DNA of 64,000 nucleotides from Alphaproteobacteria bacterium (GTDB lineage Bacteria; Pseudomonadota; Alphaproteobacteria; RF32; CAG-239): NCBI GenBank assembly GCA_017935485.1, contig JAGBHO010000023.1, positions 7,952 to 71,951 of the forward strand, read 5' to 3'. Shown piece by piece: positions 55,101 to 63,062 of this stretch (position 1 is its first letter; each line of letters starts with the position of its first letter). The notes under the pieces were generated by a model. It saw only the letters and a program-made list of their open reading frames with translations, ran no database searches and was not told where the DNA came from. The position numbers and the translations under genes were made by a program.

Positions 55101-56324
55101 GCAGCGGCGGAAGAAGCGCTGGCAGCCGGAAACACCCCCGGCCAGTGCCTGAAAAACCTGCACTGCGGCAATGATTACTTCGGAACGGCCGTTATCGGCG
55201 GTTTGGACAGCCGTGCCAAATCTATGGAAAACATTGTTGCCAGCCTGACCAGTACGGCAGCGGATTATGCCGGCGGAGAGGTTAACCCCTGCATTAACTA
55301 TTCGCTCAACCTGACGGAAGACGGAGACCGCGCTGACAGCAGCAAGTTCTTTATCTGGGACAAATGGCCGCTGTACAATGAAACGGCCGGTGCCGGTTTT
55401 ACAACGGTCAAAGACGACTACGACCCGACTTTGGGGCGCAGCGAGCTTGGAATTTTCCTGCAGACGCCGGCTTCCGGAACTCTGACAAAAATTGTCACGG
55501 CCGCCTTAAATCTGGCAAGAGCAGATAATATCTTGGAAAAAGCCAAAGCCATGTCGGCGCTGAATTCGCTTATGGAGGCCGGCGGCGATGCTCTTGGCGA
55601 TGATGCCAACACGGAAACCAAATTCCGTAAGGAAATGGCCGAAATTTATGACCGGCTGATCGAAATCATCGGCAAAAACAATGGTGATGAAAGCGCTTTG
55701 GAAGAGTCTGATGACAGCGATGCTTCCTCTGTGGAAAAGGTCAAAAAGACGCTTATGGGCTATATGCCTTTCCAGCAAAATCAGGTCGGCGGCTTTTTGA
55801 ACATTGCCGAAACCGAACGGGAATACCGCGAAAACCGCAAGCAGCTGGAAAAAGACATCCGCCAGCTGGAATTCGATCTGGCTCAGACTTTAGATGAAAT
55901 CGGCTACCAGTTGTCCAATGCTTTCAGCCTGCTCAATCCGGATGACTGGAGCCTGTCCATGTCCACGCTGGACGAAACCAAAAACAAGCTCTTAACCGAG
56001 ATTGATACCCGCATTAAAAATGTCAAAGTTTCGGATAATAAAATTGTCAAATACCGGCTGCGTGAGTTCAACCGCATGCTCATGGCTCTGAACAAAGATA
56101 ATCAGGAACTGGTGACAATTGCGGAAGGGGTTGACAGTGGTCCGAATTTTGACGAGATTATAAAAATGGAAGAAGCCAACGCGGCAGTCCGCGAGGAATA
56201 TCGGAAAAAAGAGGAAGAGGCGTTTCGTCAGGCCATAAAGGATCTGGGCAATATCTATTGCGCCAACTACAATGAAGGTGCTTATGACCGGAATATGTGC
56301 CGTTTTCCGATGGGTGAAAGGTAA
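52125..56324 (+). CDS. Giant secreted protein, 1399 aa, with a TrbJ/VirB5-like N-terminus
   Basis: Initiation region ttagggaggcagccATGaaaaaa and signal peptide ...SGKADA. FFGGPVFEPTSTAAELGKNISTAL resembles the VFDPSN..QN start of TrbJ. No TM helices are seen, so it is not VirB6-like. Confidence 0.6.
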   Translation: MKKFQQKSQRNILFAAIFSTVLLFSGKADAFFGLFFGGPVFEPTSTAAELGKNISTALTELSAEADKLKQQIANAFTAKALNFNSNFNLRLEHKPIAGAKILEEPSVDPLNESEVKKYIYKLFLTYPAHDIPTQVKYRKMAQDFYDDSVLEAYSAAREVEKYLSTDVAAKFAALQSRLHESGGDGASSPEALNEALYNNYLAYQTIDTISRVLQELTAIKAQLEAARAINDIVEPLEYPDPDPTLQGALSFDNLPKLALNGSFSLSGHAMVAGADAHITKKPETTPQKVTMGNGTVIENIDENTVVEVNVEKKKVNPLCTQEPCEYYEYNEDADMYKPFEGYSTVAPGGIINFSQSDDPTLEHPFYDAKYKMNEMTRMEFIYDKITTAINIHNLIKKIRLAQDDFESYKRVVALHEKALRMLRLVDKCAVTMLSNNFSDAPSVWCGQASCDNVVADYTDCPVLNFEDLSANSEDDCSEDVSADYAARSGVSGWALDQYDLARAAISSGENYNISAVPAPTEDDIHTKDLDNVEKEGIPYAEKVSGAVLDETAQYEAEARKSQLLPWEIGAIAAKTLAENPGTWGTLSNPYPVWNDQKNFYSQYLDGKYINLPQYLQFLGQEHIFELALPVANTAALIAEVNAAKAALESAIAAVNADKDMKAEEKTKEIQRLKDETAKKIEQLKNDKAANDAAIPSVVAIPRDETYPNLWELNANEDELLSGPLKSVLGDSVPANDGSIISKTILNKFKEEVLPGLLSERALELGNVSASGGGTIITMSRVIGDAQSLTAGFIESMKAQIKATRESMCAMGDSLYYSVGTAPAMHQSMMQALAAVIYEVSDAELGVSASMKPWEATINRLDISEDDKTFIGVKPLTDREAKAPRAPLKMGYPPVREIFHFDDYDYEHAAPGSRKSFVAYGGEVPELWKEILADKPFVQKDIDLTKILDSGVGTNTLLRGGQFPCNLTASLVGNEDKCIDNTIYNVEHKRECAAAAEEALAAGNTPGQCLKNLHCGNDYFGTAVIGGLDSRAKSMENIVASLTSTAADYAGGEVNPCINYSLNLTEDGDRADSSKFFIWDKWPLYNETAGAGFTTVKDDYDPTLGRSELGIFLQTPASGTLTKIVTAALNLARADNILEKAKAMSALNSLMEAGGDALGDDANTETKFRKEMAEIYDRLIEIIGKNNGDESALEESDDSDASSVEKVKKTLMGYMPFQQNQVGGFLNIAETEREYRENRKQLEKDIRQLEFDLAQTLDEIGYQLSNAFSLLNPDDWSLSMSTLDETKNKLLTEIDTRIKNVKVSDNKIVKYRLREFNRMLMALNKDNQELVTIAEGVDSGPNFDEIIKMEEANAAVREEYRKKEEEAFRQAIKDLGNIYCANYNEGAYDRNMCRFPMGER

Positions 56325-56334
56325 CGGGTAAAAA

Positions 56335-57096
56335 ATGATAAATGCGGGAGGGCAAAACAAGGTCATCGGCGGCAGCAAAATCCTTGCCATTGAAGGAACG
56401 GGCGGCAAACAAAACGTCGAGTTTCTGCAAAGCATGGAGCAAAAAACCGAAAGCCTTAAGCTGCGGTATTATACCTGGCTTTCCCGTCTCTTTATCTTTT
56501 TTGCCGTCTTGTCCTGCCTGTTTATGGTGTTGGCCAGCCTGTCGCTGTTTCGTTTGGCGCCGGCCGTGAGTGTCGAGCCTTTTTTGATTATCAACCAAAA
56601 CACGTCTAAAGGCATTGTCCGTCAGGAGGCGATAACGGATAGAATGGCCTCAAAAACGCAGCTGATGGAAACCTTTATCCGCCAATATGTGATTGTGCGC
56701 AATACGGTGATTAATGACACGCAGGAAATGCGCACGCGCTGGTTTCCCGGCGGAATGGTAAACTTTTTGTCCTCTCCTCTTGTTTTTGATGCCTTTTACG
56801 CCAACCGTGAATCAATCATGTCTTCCAACATTGAAAAAGGCCTGTCGCGAGAGGTGGAAATTATCAAAATTTATCAGCAGGGCGGCAGCAAAAGCCCGAT
56901 TTGGAAAGTTGACTTTAAAACCTATGACCTCTATGCGGCAACGGCCAGCACGGATCTTGTCTTTGTCGAAAGATACTGGACGGCGTCGGTCGAGGCCTAT
57001 TTCTTTCGGGAACGGATGTTTATGGGGCGCCGCCTGATAAACCCGATGGGCTTTACCGTAACCCGCTATTCTCAAACGGAAGTCGAAATTCTCTGA
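56335..57096 (+). CDS. virB8: VirB8/TrbF-family protein, copy 1
   Basis: Single TM helix (LFIFFAVLSCLFMVLASLSLF), FIRQYVIVRNT, and C-terminal NPMGFTVTRYS (the NPxGF..Y motif). Confidence 0.75.
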   Translation: MINAGGQNKVIGGSKILAIEGTGGKQNVEFLQSMEQKTESLKLRYYTWLSRLFIFFAVLSCLFMVLASLSLFRLAPAVSVEPFLIINQNTSKGIVRQEAITDRMASKTQLMETFIRQYVIVRNTVINDTQEMRTRWFPGGMVNFLSSPLVFDAFYANRESIMSSNIEKGLSREVEIIKIYQQGGSKSPIWKVDFKTYDLYAATASTDLVFVERYWTASVEAYFFRERMFMGRRLINPMGFTVTRYSQTEVEIL

Positions 57097-57287
57097 GTTT
57101 TTTAACAAATTGTTATTGTGTTTCGGTTATAATAAAATAACCGGCAATTCTGACTTGTTGATAAGTTGGGGATTTCGGCAGCTTGCCATTAGACTTTTAA
57201 ACGAAAAGAGTATATTTTGATAAAAAAGTGTAACTGCCGGTTCCTTGCGGGAGCCGCCGTGTTAAAAATCTGTAATGGAGAAAGCCT

Positions 57288-57476
57288 ATGAAATATGGAA
57301 GATTCCTGTTGGCTGTAATGGTCGTGTTTATGCTGTCCGGCTGTTTCGGTTCTTATTATGAACCGGAGCCTGTCGGCGTCGGTAAAGGTTCGGACGAGCT
57401 CAAACTCTCTCCTTGTGCCTGCCTGCAGTTGGATTTGCCGAAAAATTTGCCGGATTGGTTTGTGGCAACAATTTAA
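57288..57476 (+). CDS. Small lipoprotein in the VirB7 position
   Basis: 62 aa, lipobox MLSGC, SD ggaga. It sits between two virB8 paralogs. Confidence 0.55.
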   Translation: MKYGRFLLAVMVVFMLSGCFGSYYEPEPVGVGKGSDELKLSPCACLQLDLPKNLPDWFVATI

Positions 57477-57490
57477 GCGGAGTTATGTAA

Positions 57491-58234
57491 ATGGCGCATA
57501 TTCTGGGGTCTGGCAATTCTGAAACCAAGCTGATTGGTAATCAGGGCGCTCGTCGCAATGATTACTATGCCGCATCGGCCGATTCCGAATTGTTTGTCGG
57601 CAACAGCAATGAAAAAAAATACCTGTGGACGGCTCGTGCTTTCGCCATTATCACCGCCGTCAGCGTTTGTTGCAATATTGTGCTGATTATTGCCATTATG
57701 CAGGTTATTCCGTTGTTTCGCGTTGAGCCGTTTCTGCTGACTTTCCAAAACAAGCAGGAGCAGGTTTACAATATCAAGCGCATTCGCGGCAATATGGAAG
57801 ACCATAAAACGGTAACGGAGGTCTTTGTCCGTCAGTATATTTTGATGCGCAGCTCTTTTACCCGTGATATTCAGGAGATGGAAGCGCGCTGGATGCCCAA
57901 CGGGCCGATTCAGGAAATGTCTTCCGTTCCGGTTTATGAGGAATTTATCCAGCGGACGGCCAAACGGGCGCTGGAAATCATCAGAACCAAAGCCCTTGCG
58001 CGGGAAGTTCGGATTTTGTCAGTCAATGAAATCGGCCGCGGCCTGTGGCAGGTCGAATATGAAACCCGCGATATGTTTCCGGATTCCAAAAGCCCGACCG
58101 TCAATTACTGGACGGCCACGCTTCGCGTGCTCTATCGTCAGAAGACGGTAAAATATTCGGAAAGATTAAACAATCCGGTCGGCTTTACGGTTGACCGTTA
58201 TGCTTTGACCCATAATAAAGTAAATAAGGATTAG
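57491..58234 (+). CDS. virB8: VirB8/TrbF-family protein, copy 2
   Basis: TM helix AFAIITAVSVCCNIVLIIAIM, FVRQYILMRSS and NPVGFTVDRYA. Colinear with copy 1. Confidence 0.78.
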   Translation: MAHILGSGNSETKLIGNQGARRNDYYAASADSELFVGNSNEKKYLWTARAFAIITAVSVCCNIVLIIAIMQVIPLFRVEPFLLTFQNKQEQVYNIKRIRGNMEDHKTVTEVFVRQYILMRSSFTRDIQEMEARWMPNGPIQEMSSVPVYEEFIQRTAKRALEIIRTKALAREVRILSVNEIGRGLWQVEYETRDMFPDSKSPTVNYWTATLRVLYRQKTVKYSERLNNPVGFTVDRYALTHNKVNKD

Positions 58235-58248
58235 GAGTTCAGTCTATA

Positions 58249-59949
58249 ATGTTTCGCAAAGTCGTAAAATTCAGCCTTGCTGCCCTGCTGGTTTTTGTTG
58301 CCGGGGCTCCGCTCCTTAGGGCTCAGACCGTAGATCAGGTTAATAACAGCGCGGATGAAGCCGCCGGCAATTATCAGCCGATGAATCTCGGTTATGCCGG
58401 CTTCAATTCTCTGGGCATGACGCAAAGCGCCTGGCTGGACCCGATGCAGAATCTCGGCGAAGGACAATCCCGTCCGGCTTATTCCAAATATTATTGGACG
58501 CCTGATTTGGTCTTGCCGGTACGCCTGCGCGAAGGTATGATGACTTTGCTTAATTTTCCGGAATGGGAAATGGTTGAAGATGTCTTTATCGGCGACAATG
58601 CCACGTTTGACGGACAGATCTCCGGTCCCAATACCGTTCTTCTGTATCCCCGTCAGGGTGCAAATGTCGGGGTCGATACCAATGTAATTATCTTTGGCCG
58701 GTCCGGAAACCGTTATGTCTTTTATGTTAAAAGCGAAGCCGTCAATACGGAACGCCTGACTAATTCCATTATTGATATTGAGGTCATTGCCGGCCGCGGA
58801 GCCAATGGCAAAAAAACGGGGCTTGGCGGTATGTCGGGAGGATATGGTCGAAATTTTAACGGAGGAAGCGCCGGTTTGTCATCCGGAGCAAAATCAGCAG
58901 ATGCAACGCAGCTCCGCCGCTTCCAGGATGATAACTGGCTGCGGGAAATTCCGGTTGATCCGTCCAAATTCAAATTTGATGTTGAGGTTTATGTGCCCAA
59001 TCCTGATGATGTCGTAATTGCGCCGGAGCGCGTATGGCGTGACGATATCTTTACTTATATAGACTTTGGCAAACGTGCGTTGAATATGAACCAGCGGCCG
59101 ATTGCCACCCTGATTGTCGAACGGATGGAAGTTCCCGTTGGCTTTAGAGCGGCAGGACCTGACAACCGGTTGATTATTGTTGAAGGCATTGGTGATATTG
59201 TGCTGCGCAACGGTAAAAGGATTGTCTGCCTGAAGCTGCGCCGCGGTGATGACGTCGGGTTGGAAAATGCGCCGGGCGGAGAAGGTTTGCCGCCGCAATG
59301 GGATGTTCCGGCACCGCTTCCAAGTTCCGGAATGCCGCAGAGTCAGGCTCCCGGAACCAATAATCCTTATGCCATACCGAACGCTTCTGTCCGCGTCGGC
59401 GGCAGCGGAGCGGCCGATGCTTCCGGCGGCATAAGTCTGGAAGATGCAAAAAATGGTGCTCCGGCTCAATATGACATTCAGGTCGGCAACAGCGAGATTA
59501 TTGATCCCCAATATAAAAGCAATGCCGGCGGCAGTATCGGAATTGGTTATGAAACCGCTGGCAAAATGCCCAAAGGCATGGAAAATGTCGATTATTCCAA
59601 AATGCAGCGGATTACGAACAATAACCGTTACGGCAAGGGATATAAGTATCTTGATAAGTTTGCTTACGGCGATACTCTGGCTGACGGCTCCAACAACATT
59701 TCCATTGAACTCGGCACGGATTCCGATGTTTCAAAATTGGAGGTTTTATGGAACAGCCTTTCCAAAAAATATGCGGACAGTCTGAGTATTTATGATCCGT
59801 TCTTCTCTGTTGATGCGCCGGCGGACGGGCAGGGCAAAGAGCTTTTCCATCTGCGTGTCGGGCCGGTCAATTCGCTGGAAGAGGGTGACGCTGTTTGCGG
59901 AAAACTCGGACGCAGCGGTGTATTTTGCAGTGTAGTCAGGACCCAATGA
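58249..59949 (+). CDS. virB9: VirB9/TrbG-family protein with a Gly-rich insert and a C-terminal SPOR-like domain
   Basis: Signal peptide. N-domain YYWTPDLVLPVRLREGMMTLLNF...GNRYVFYVK. C-domain VWRDDIFTYIDFG...RLIIVEGIGDIVLRNGKRIVCLKL. Last ~85 aa: ISIELGT...LFHLRVGPVNSLEEGDAVCGKLGRSGVFCSVV, which is SPOR-like. Confidence 0.75.
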   Translation: MFRKVVKFSLAALLVFVAGAPLLRAQTVDQVNNSADEAAGNYQPMNLGYAGFNSLGMTQSAWLDPMQNLGEGQSRPAYSKYYWTPDLVLPVRLREGMMTLLNFPEWEMVEDVFIGDNATFDGQISGPNTVLLYPRQGANVGVDTNVIIFGRSGNRYVFYVKSEAVNTERLTNSIIDIEVIAGRGANGKKTGLGGMSGGYGRNFNGGSAGLSSGAKSADATQLRRFQDDNWLREIPVDPSKFKFDVEVYVPNPDDVVIAPERVWRDDIFTYIDFGKRALNMNQRPIATLIVERMEVPVGFRAAGPDNRLIIVEGIGDIVLRNGKRIVCLKLRRGDDVGLENAPGGEGLPPQWDVPAPLPSSGMPQSQAPGTNNPYAIPNASVRVGGSGAADASGGISLEDAKNGAPAQYDIQVGNSEIIDPQYKSNAGGSIGIGYETAGKMPKGMENVDYSKMQRITNNNRYGKGYKYLDKFAYGDTLADGSNNISIELGTDSDVSKLEVLWNSLSKKYADSLSIYDPFFSVDAPADGQGKELFHLRVGPVNSLEEGDAVCGKLGRSGVFCSVVRTQ

Positions 59950-62900
59950 GCGACGAACAGTTAACAAATTCGGAAGTATACGTCAAAAAAACCAACCGCA
60001 TCATCTTGATTGTCGGTGTTACTTCCCTTTTAATCTTTTTGTTCGGAATTTCGCTTCTGCTGCTGAGCGGAGGAGAGGTTGAAGAAACCTCGATGAATTT
60101 TGAAAACACCGATGACGGGATTAATATTGACCGTAAAGACGGCTTGTCTACAAATATAGAAATCGGCGGAATTATTGAGGGCGAGGTGCCTCTGACCCTG
60201 ACGCCGGATCCCGTGCCGCTTGGCCAGGTGATTATTGGCAGCAATGCCCGAAATGTTTTGACCTTGGGAACAAACGGCCATGCCTCTGTCAAGATTATAT
60301 CGGTCAATCTGGCAGATCCTCCGGCCGACGGTTTTTCTTTTGCCAACGGCTGCGGCGGAATGATTCTGAAAGGCGACGAAACCTGTCATATCCAAATCAG
60401 CTGGGTGCCGGTTGTCCCCGGAAATGTTCAGAACAATTTTATCATTACCTGGGTTGAAGTCGGGTTGGGTGATGAAAACGCCAAAGCCGCAAAAGTTCCT
60501 GTAACCGGCAGTGCTATCCGTAAGGAAGACTGCAATTTTTGCGATTCCGGCACCGGCGGAAGGGATTCCGTTATCAATAAAACGGATGTCGTAACCCGTT
60601 ATGCCGTCGGCCCGAACGGCGATGTCATCGGAACGATTGATGAAGACGGTTATGTGCGGGATACAGAAGGCAATGTTATCGGCCGCGTTAATGCGCAGGG
60701 TATGGTCGTGGATAATAACGGCAATATTATCGGCGTGGCGGAAAACCGCAAACTGGTCGTTGATGAAAACGGCAATGTCATCGGTTTTGCCAATAATGAC
60801 GGCTCTGTCGTTGATAAAGACGGCAAGGTGCTTGGCAAAGTCATGCCGGATGGCACGGTGTTGGATGAAAGCGGCAACATTATCGGGCGGGAAGCCGAAT
60901 ATGGTTTTGTTTATGACAAGGACGGCAAGGTCATCGGGCGCGTTACGGCAGACGGTACGGTTGAGGATATGGAAGGCCGGATTATCGGCCGCCTGAACAG
61001 CTATGGCGATGTTGTAGACTCCAATGGCCGGATTATCGGCTATATTACGCGGCCGGGTCGGGTTGCGCTGGATGATGAAGGCAATGCCATCGGTGTCGTC
61101 ATGCCGGACGGCACGGTTGTCGACAAAGATGGCAATGTTGTCGGCCGTGCGGATAATAACGGCGTAATAACGACCAAAGACGGCAAGGTTATCGGCCGCC
61201 TGCTGGTCGAAGGCTATATTCCGATAACGCCGCAGGGACGGATTCTCGGAAACCTGACCAATTCCGGCGTGATTGAAAACCAGTCGCGCCAGCCGGTCGG
61301 ACGTGTGGGCGCCAATTTGCTGGTTCGGGATATGTCCGGAGCGGAAGTCGTGGCCGAAATGGTGCGCGGCGGACTGGTCGTCGGCTTTGGCTGTAAGCAG
61401 CTCGGCTTTTTGGATAAAGACGGTAAGATCATAAAAAATAACGATGAACAGGATTTAAAAGTTCTGCCCAGCGGAATTGTGCTGAATAAAGACGGAACTT
61501 ATGCCGGCGAAGTAACCAAGACCGGTAAGGTTTTTGACAATGCCTGTGTGCTGGTCGGCGAGGCCGGCAATGACGGTATTGTTAAAGATTCCAACAATCA
61601 GTATGTCGGCTGTGTCAATCCGGACGGCACGGTTCTTGATGAAAAAGGCAATCTTGTCGGCGGTGTATTAAAACAGGGCACGGCCGTTGATTATGACGGC
61701 AAATATCTGGGGCGCGTCGGTGCTGACGGTCTGGTTGTCAATGATGCGGGGCTGCCGGTTGGATGTGTCGGCATGTACGGCGATATTTTTAACAAAGACG
61801 GCGGCTATGTCGGCAAGGTTTTGGGGCGGCAGTACGCCTTTGACCTGAACGGCAACTTTTTGAATGTCGTTGATCAAAAGGCTGAGGTAAACATGCGCGG
61901 TCAGCAGCCGTTAAAATTGTCCGCCAATAACCTTGTGCTGAATGATAAAAACGAAATTGTCGGCATTGCCGCCGATGTCAGGACTTCTTTTTCCGACAAA
62001 TCGGGAGATTATCTTGGATCAATCTTTGCCGACGGAAAAGTCTATAATACCGAAGGCGTATCGCTTGGCAAAATCAACGGCGACGGGCTGAGCTTTTATA
62101 ATCAGATTTTGGGAACGCCGGTCCGCATCGGACAAATTGTCGGCTTTGACGGCAAAGTCATCGGACGCAGCAATTATGACGGCAGGGTTCAGAACCGCTT
62201 TGGCGACGTTTTGGGCAATATTGATGCCAAAGGCAATTTTATCGGCAGCAAAGGCGAGTATCTCGGGGCGGTGATTCGCGGCGGGGCGGCCATCGGTTAT
62301 GACGGTGCCTATCTGGGATATGTCCTGCCGGACGGGCGGGTTGTCAGCTTGGAAGGGAAAGAAACCGGACGCGTCAGCTCCGACGGCAAAATCCTGAACA
62401 AAAGCAATGCCGTTATCGGCGAAGCCGTTCCTGAAAATATTTTGATTGACATTTGGGGCGGGTATCGCGGCCGCATGACTTCGGTCGGCGACGTGCTGGA
62501 TCTCAAAAGCAATACTTTAACCGCCATTTTGCCCGGCGGTGCGACGGATAAAAACCTGAGCCTGCTCAAGCGCGGAGCGGTTATTGATTTTTCCGGCGCG
62601 CTTCTGGGGTCGGTTATGCCGAACGGCAATGTGATTGACAACAATAACGTCGTCATCGGACGGGTGCTCTCTGACGGCAATGTCATTTCGCAGGCCGGAA
62701 AACTGATTGGCGAAGTCGTTGAGGGCGATATTGTTATCGGCAATACCGATAATGTCGTTGGTTTTGTAGAGTTTGACGGGCGTATCCGCGGCAAAGACGG
62801 ACGAATTGCCGGCCGCAGTCTTTCCGGCGGTCTGGCCGTCGATTCGGCTGATAATATTCTTGGTAAAATTTACAAAATAGGCGCGACAATTTTAGGAAAC

Positions 62901-63059
62901 GATGGTAAATATAAAGGCAGGTTGAACCCGGAGGGCAAAGTTGTCGATGCCAAAGGGGAAATAATCGGCTATCTGAAGAATAACGGCTCCTTTATAGACT
63001 TGGATAAAAAGGTTGCCGGCTATGCTTTGCCGGAAGTCGCTAAAAACCGGAGGAATTAA
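59946..63059 (+). CDS. Bitopic 1037-aa protein: N-terminal TM helix, Ig-like module, then dozens of ~17-residue DGxVxDxxGxxIGxV repeats
   Basis: Its ATG overlaps the virB9 TGA (ATGA at 59946-59949). TM helix IILIVGVTSLLIFLFGISLLLL. Repeats such as PDGTVVDKDGNVVGRAD / NDGSVVDKDGKVLGKVM run to the C-terminus. No TrbI/VirB10 domain is seen. Confidence 0.7.
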   Translation: MSDEQLTNSEVYVKKTNRIILIVGVTSLLIFLFGISLLLLSGGEVEETSMNFENTDDGINIDRKDGLSTNIEIGGIIEGEVPLTLTPDPVPLGQVIIGSNARNVLTLGTNGHASVKIISVNLADPPADGFSFANGCGGMILKGDETCHIQISWVPVVPGNVQNNFIITWVEVGLGDENAKAAKVPVTGSAIRKEDCNFCDSGTGGRDSVINKTDVVTRYAVGPNGDVIGTIDEDGYVRDTEGNVIGRVNAQGMVVDNNGNIIGVAENRKLVVDENGNVIGFANNDGSVVDKDGKVLGKVMPDGTVLDESGNIIGREAEYGFVYDKDGKVIGRVTADGTVEDMEGRIIGRLNSYGDVVDSNGRIIGYITRPGRVALDDEGNAIGVVMPDGTVVDKDGNVVGRADNNGVITTKDGKVIGRLLVEGYIPITPQGRILGNLTNSGVIENQSRQPVGRVGANLLVRDMSGAEVVAEMVRGGLVVGFGCKQLGFLDKDGKIIKNNDEQDLKVLPSGIVLNKDGTYAGEVTKTGKVFDNACVLVGEAGNDGIVKDSNNQYVGCVNPDGTVLDEKGNLVGGVLKQGTAVDYDGKYLGRVGADGLVVNDAGLPVGCVGMYGDIFNKDGGYVGKVLGRQYAFDLNGNFLNVVDQKAEVNMRGQQPLKLSANNLVLNDKNEIVGIAADVRTSFSDKSGDYLGSIFADGKVYNTEGVSLGKINGDGLSFYNQILGTPVRIGQIVGFDGKVIGRSNYDGRVQNRFGDVLGNIDAKGNFIGSKGEYLGAVIRGGAAIGYDGAYLGYVLPDGRVVSLEGKETGRVSSDGKILNKSNAVIGEAVPENILIDIWGGYRGRMTSVGDVLDLKSNTLTAILPGGATDKNLSLLKRGAVIDFSGALLGSVMPNGNVIDNNNVVIGRVLSDGNVISQAGKLIGEVVEGDIVIGNTDNVVGFVEFDGRIRGKDGRIAGRSLSGGLAVDSADNILGKIYKIGATILGNDGKYKGRLNPEGKVVDAKGEIIGYLKNNGSFIDLDKKVAGYALPEVAKNRRN

Positions 63060-63062
63060 AAA

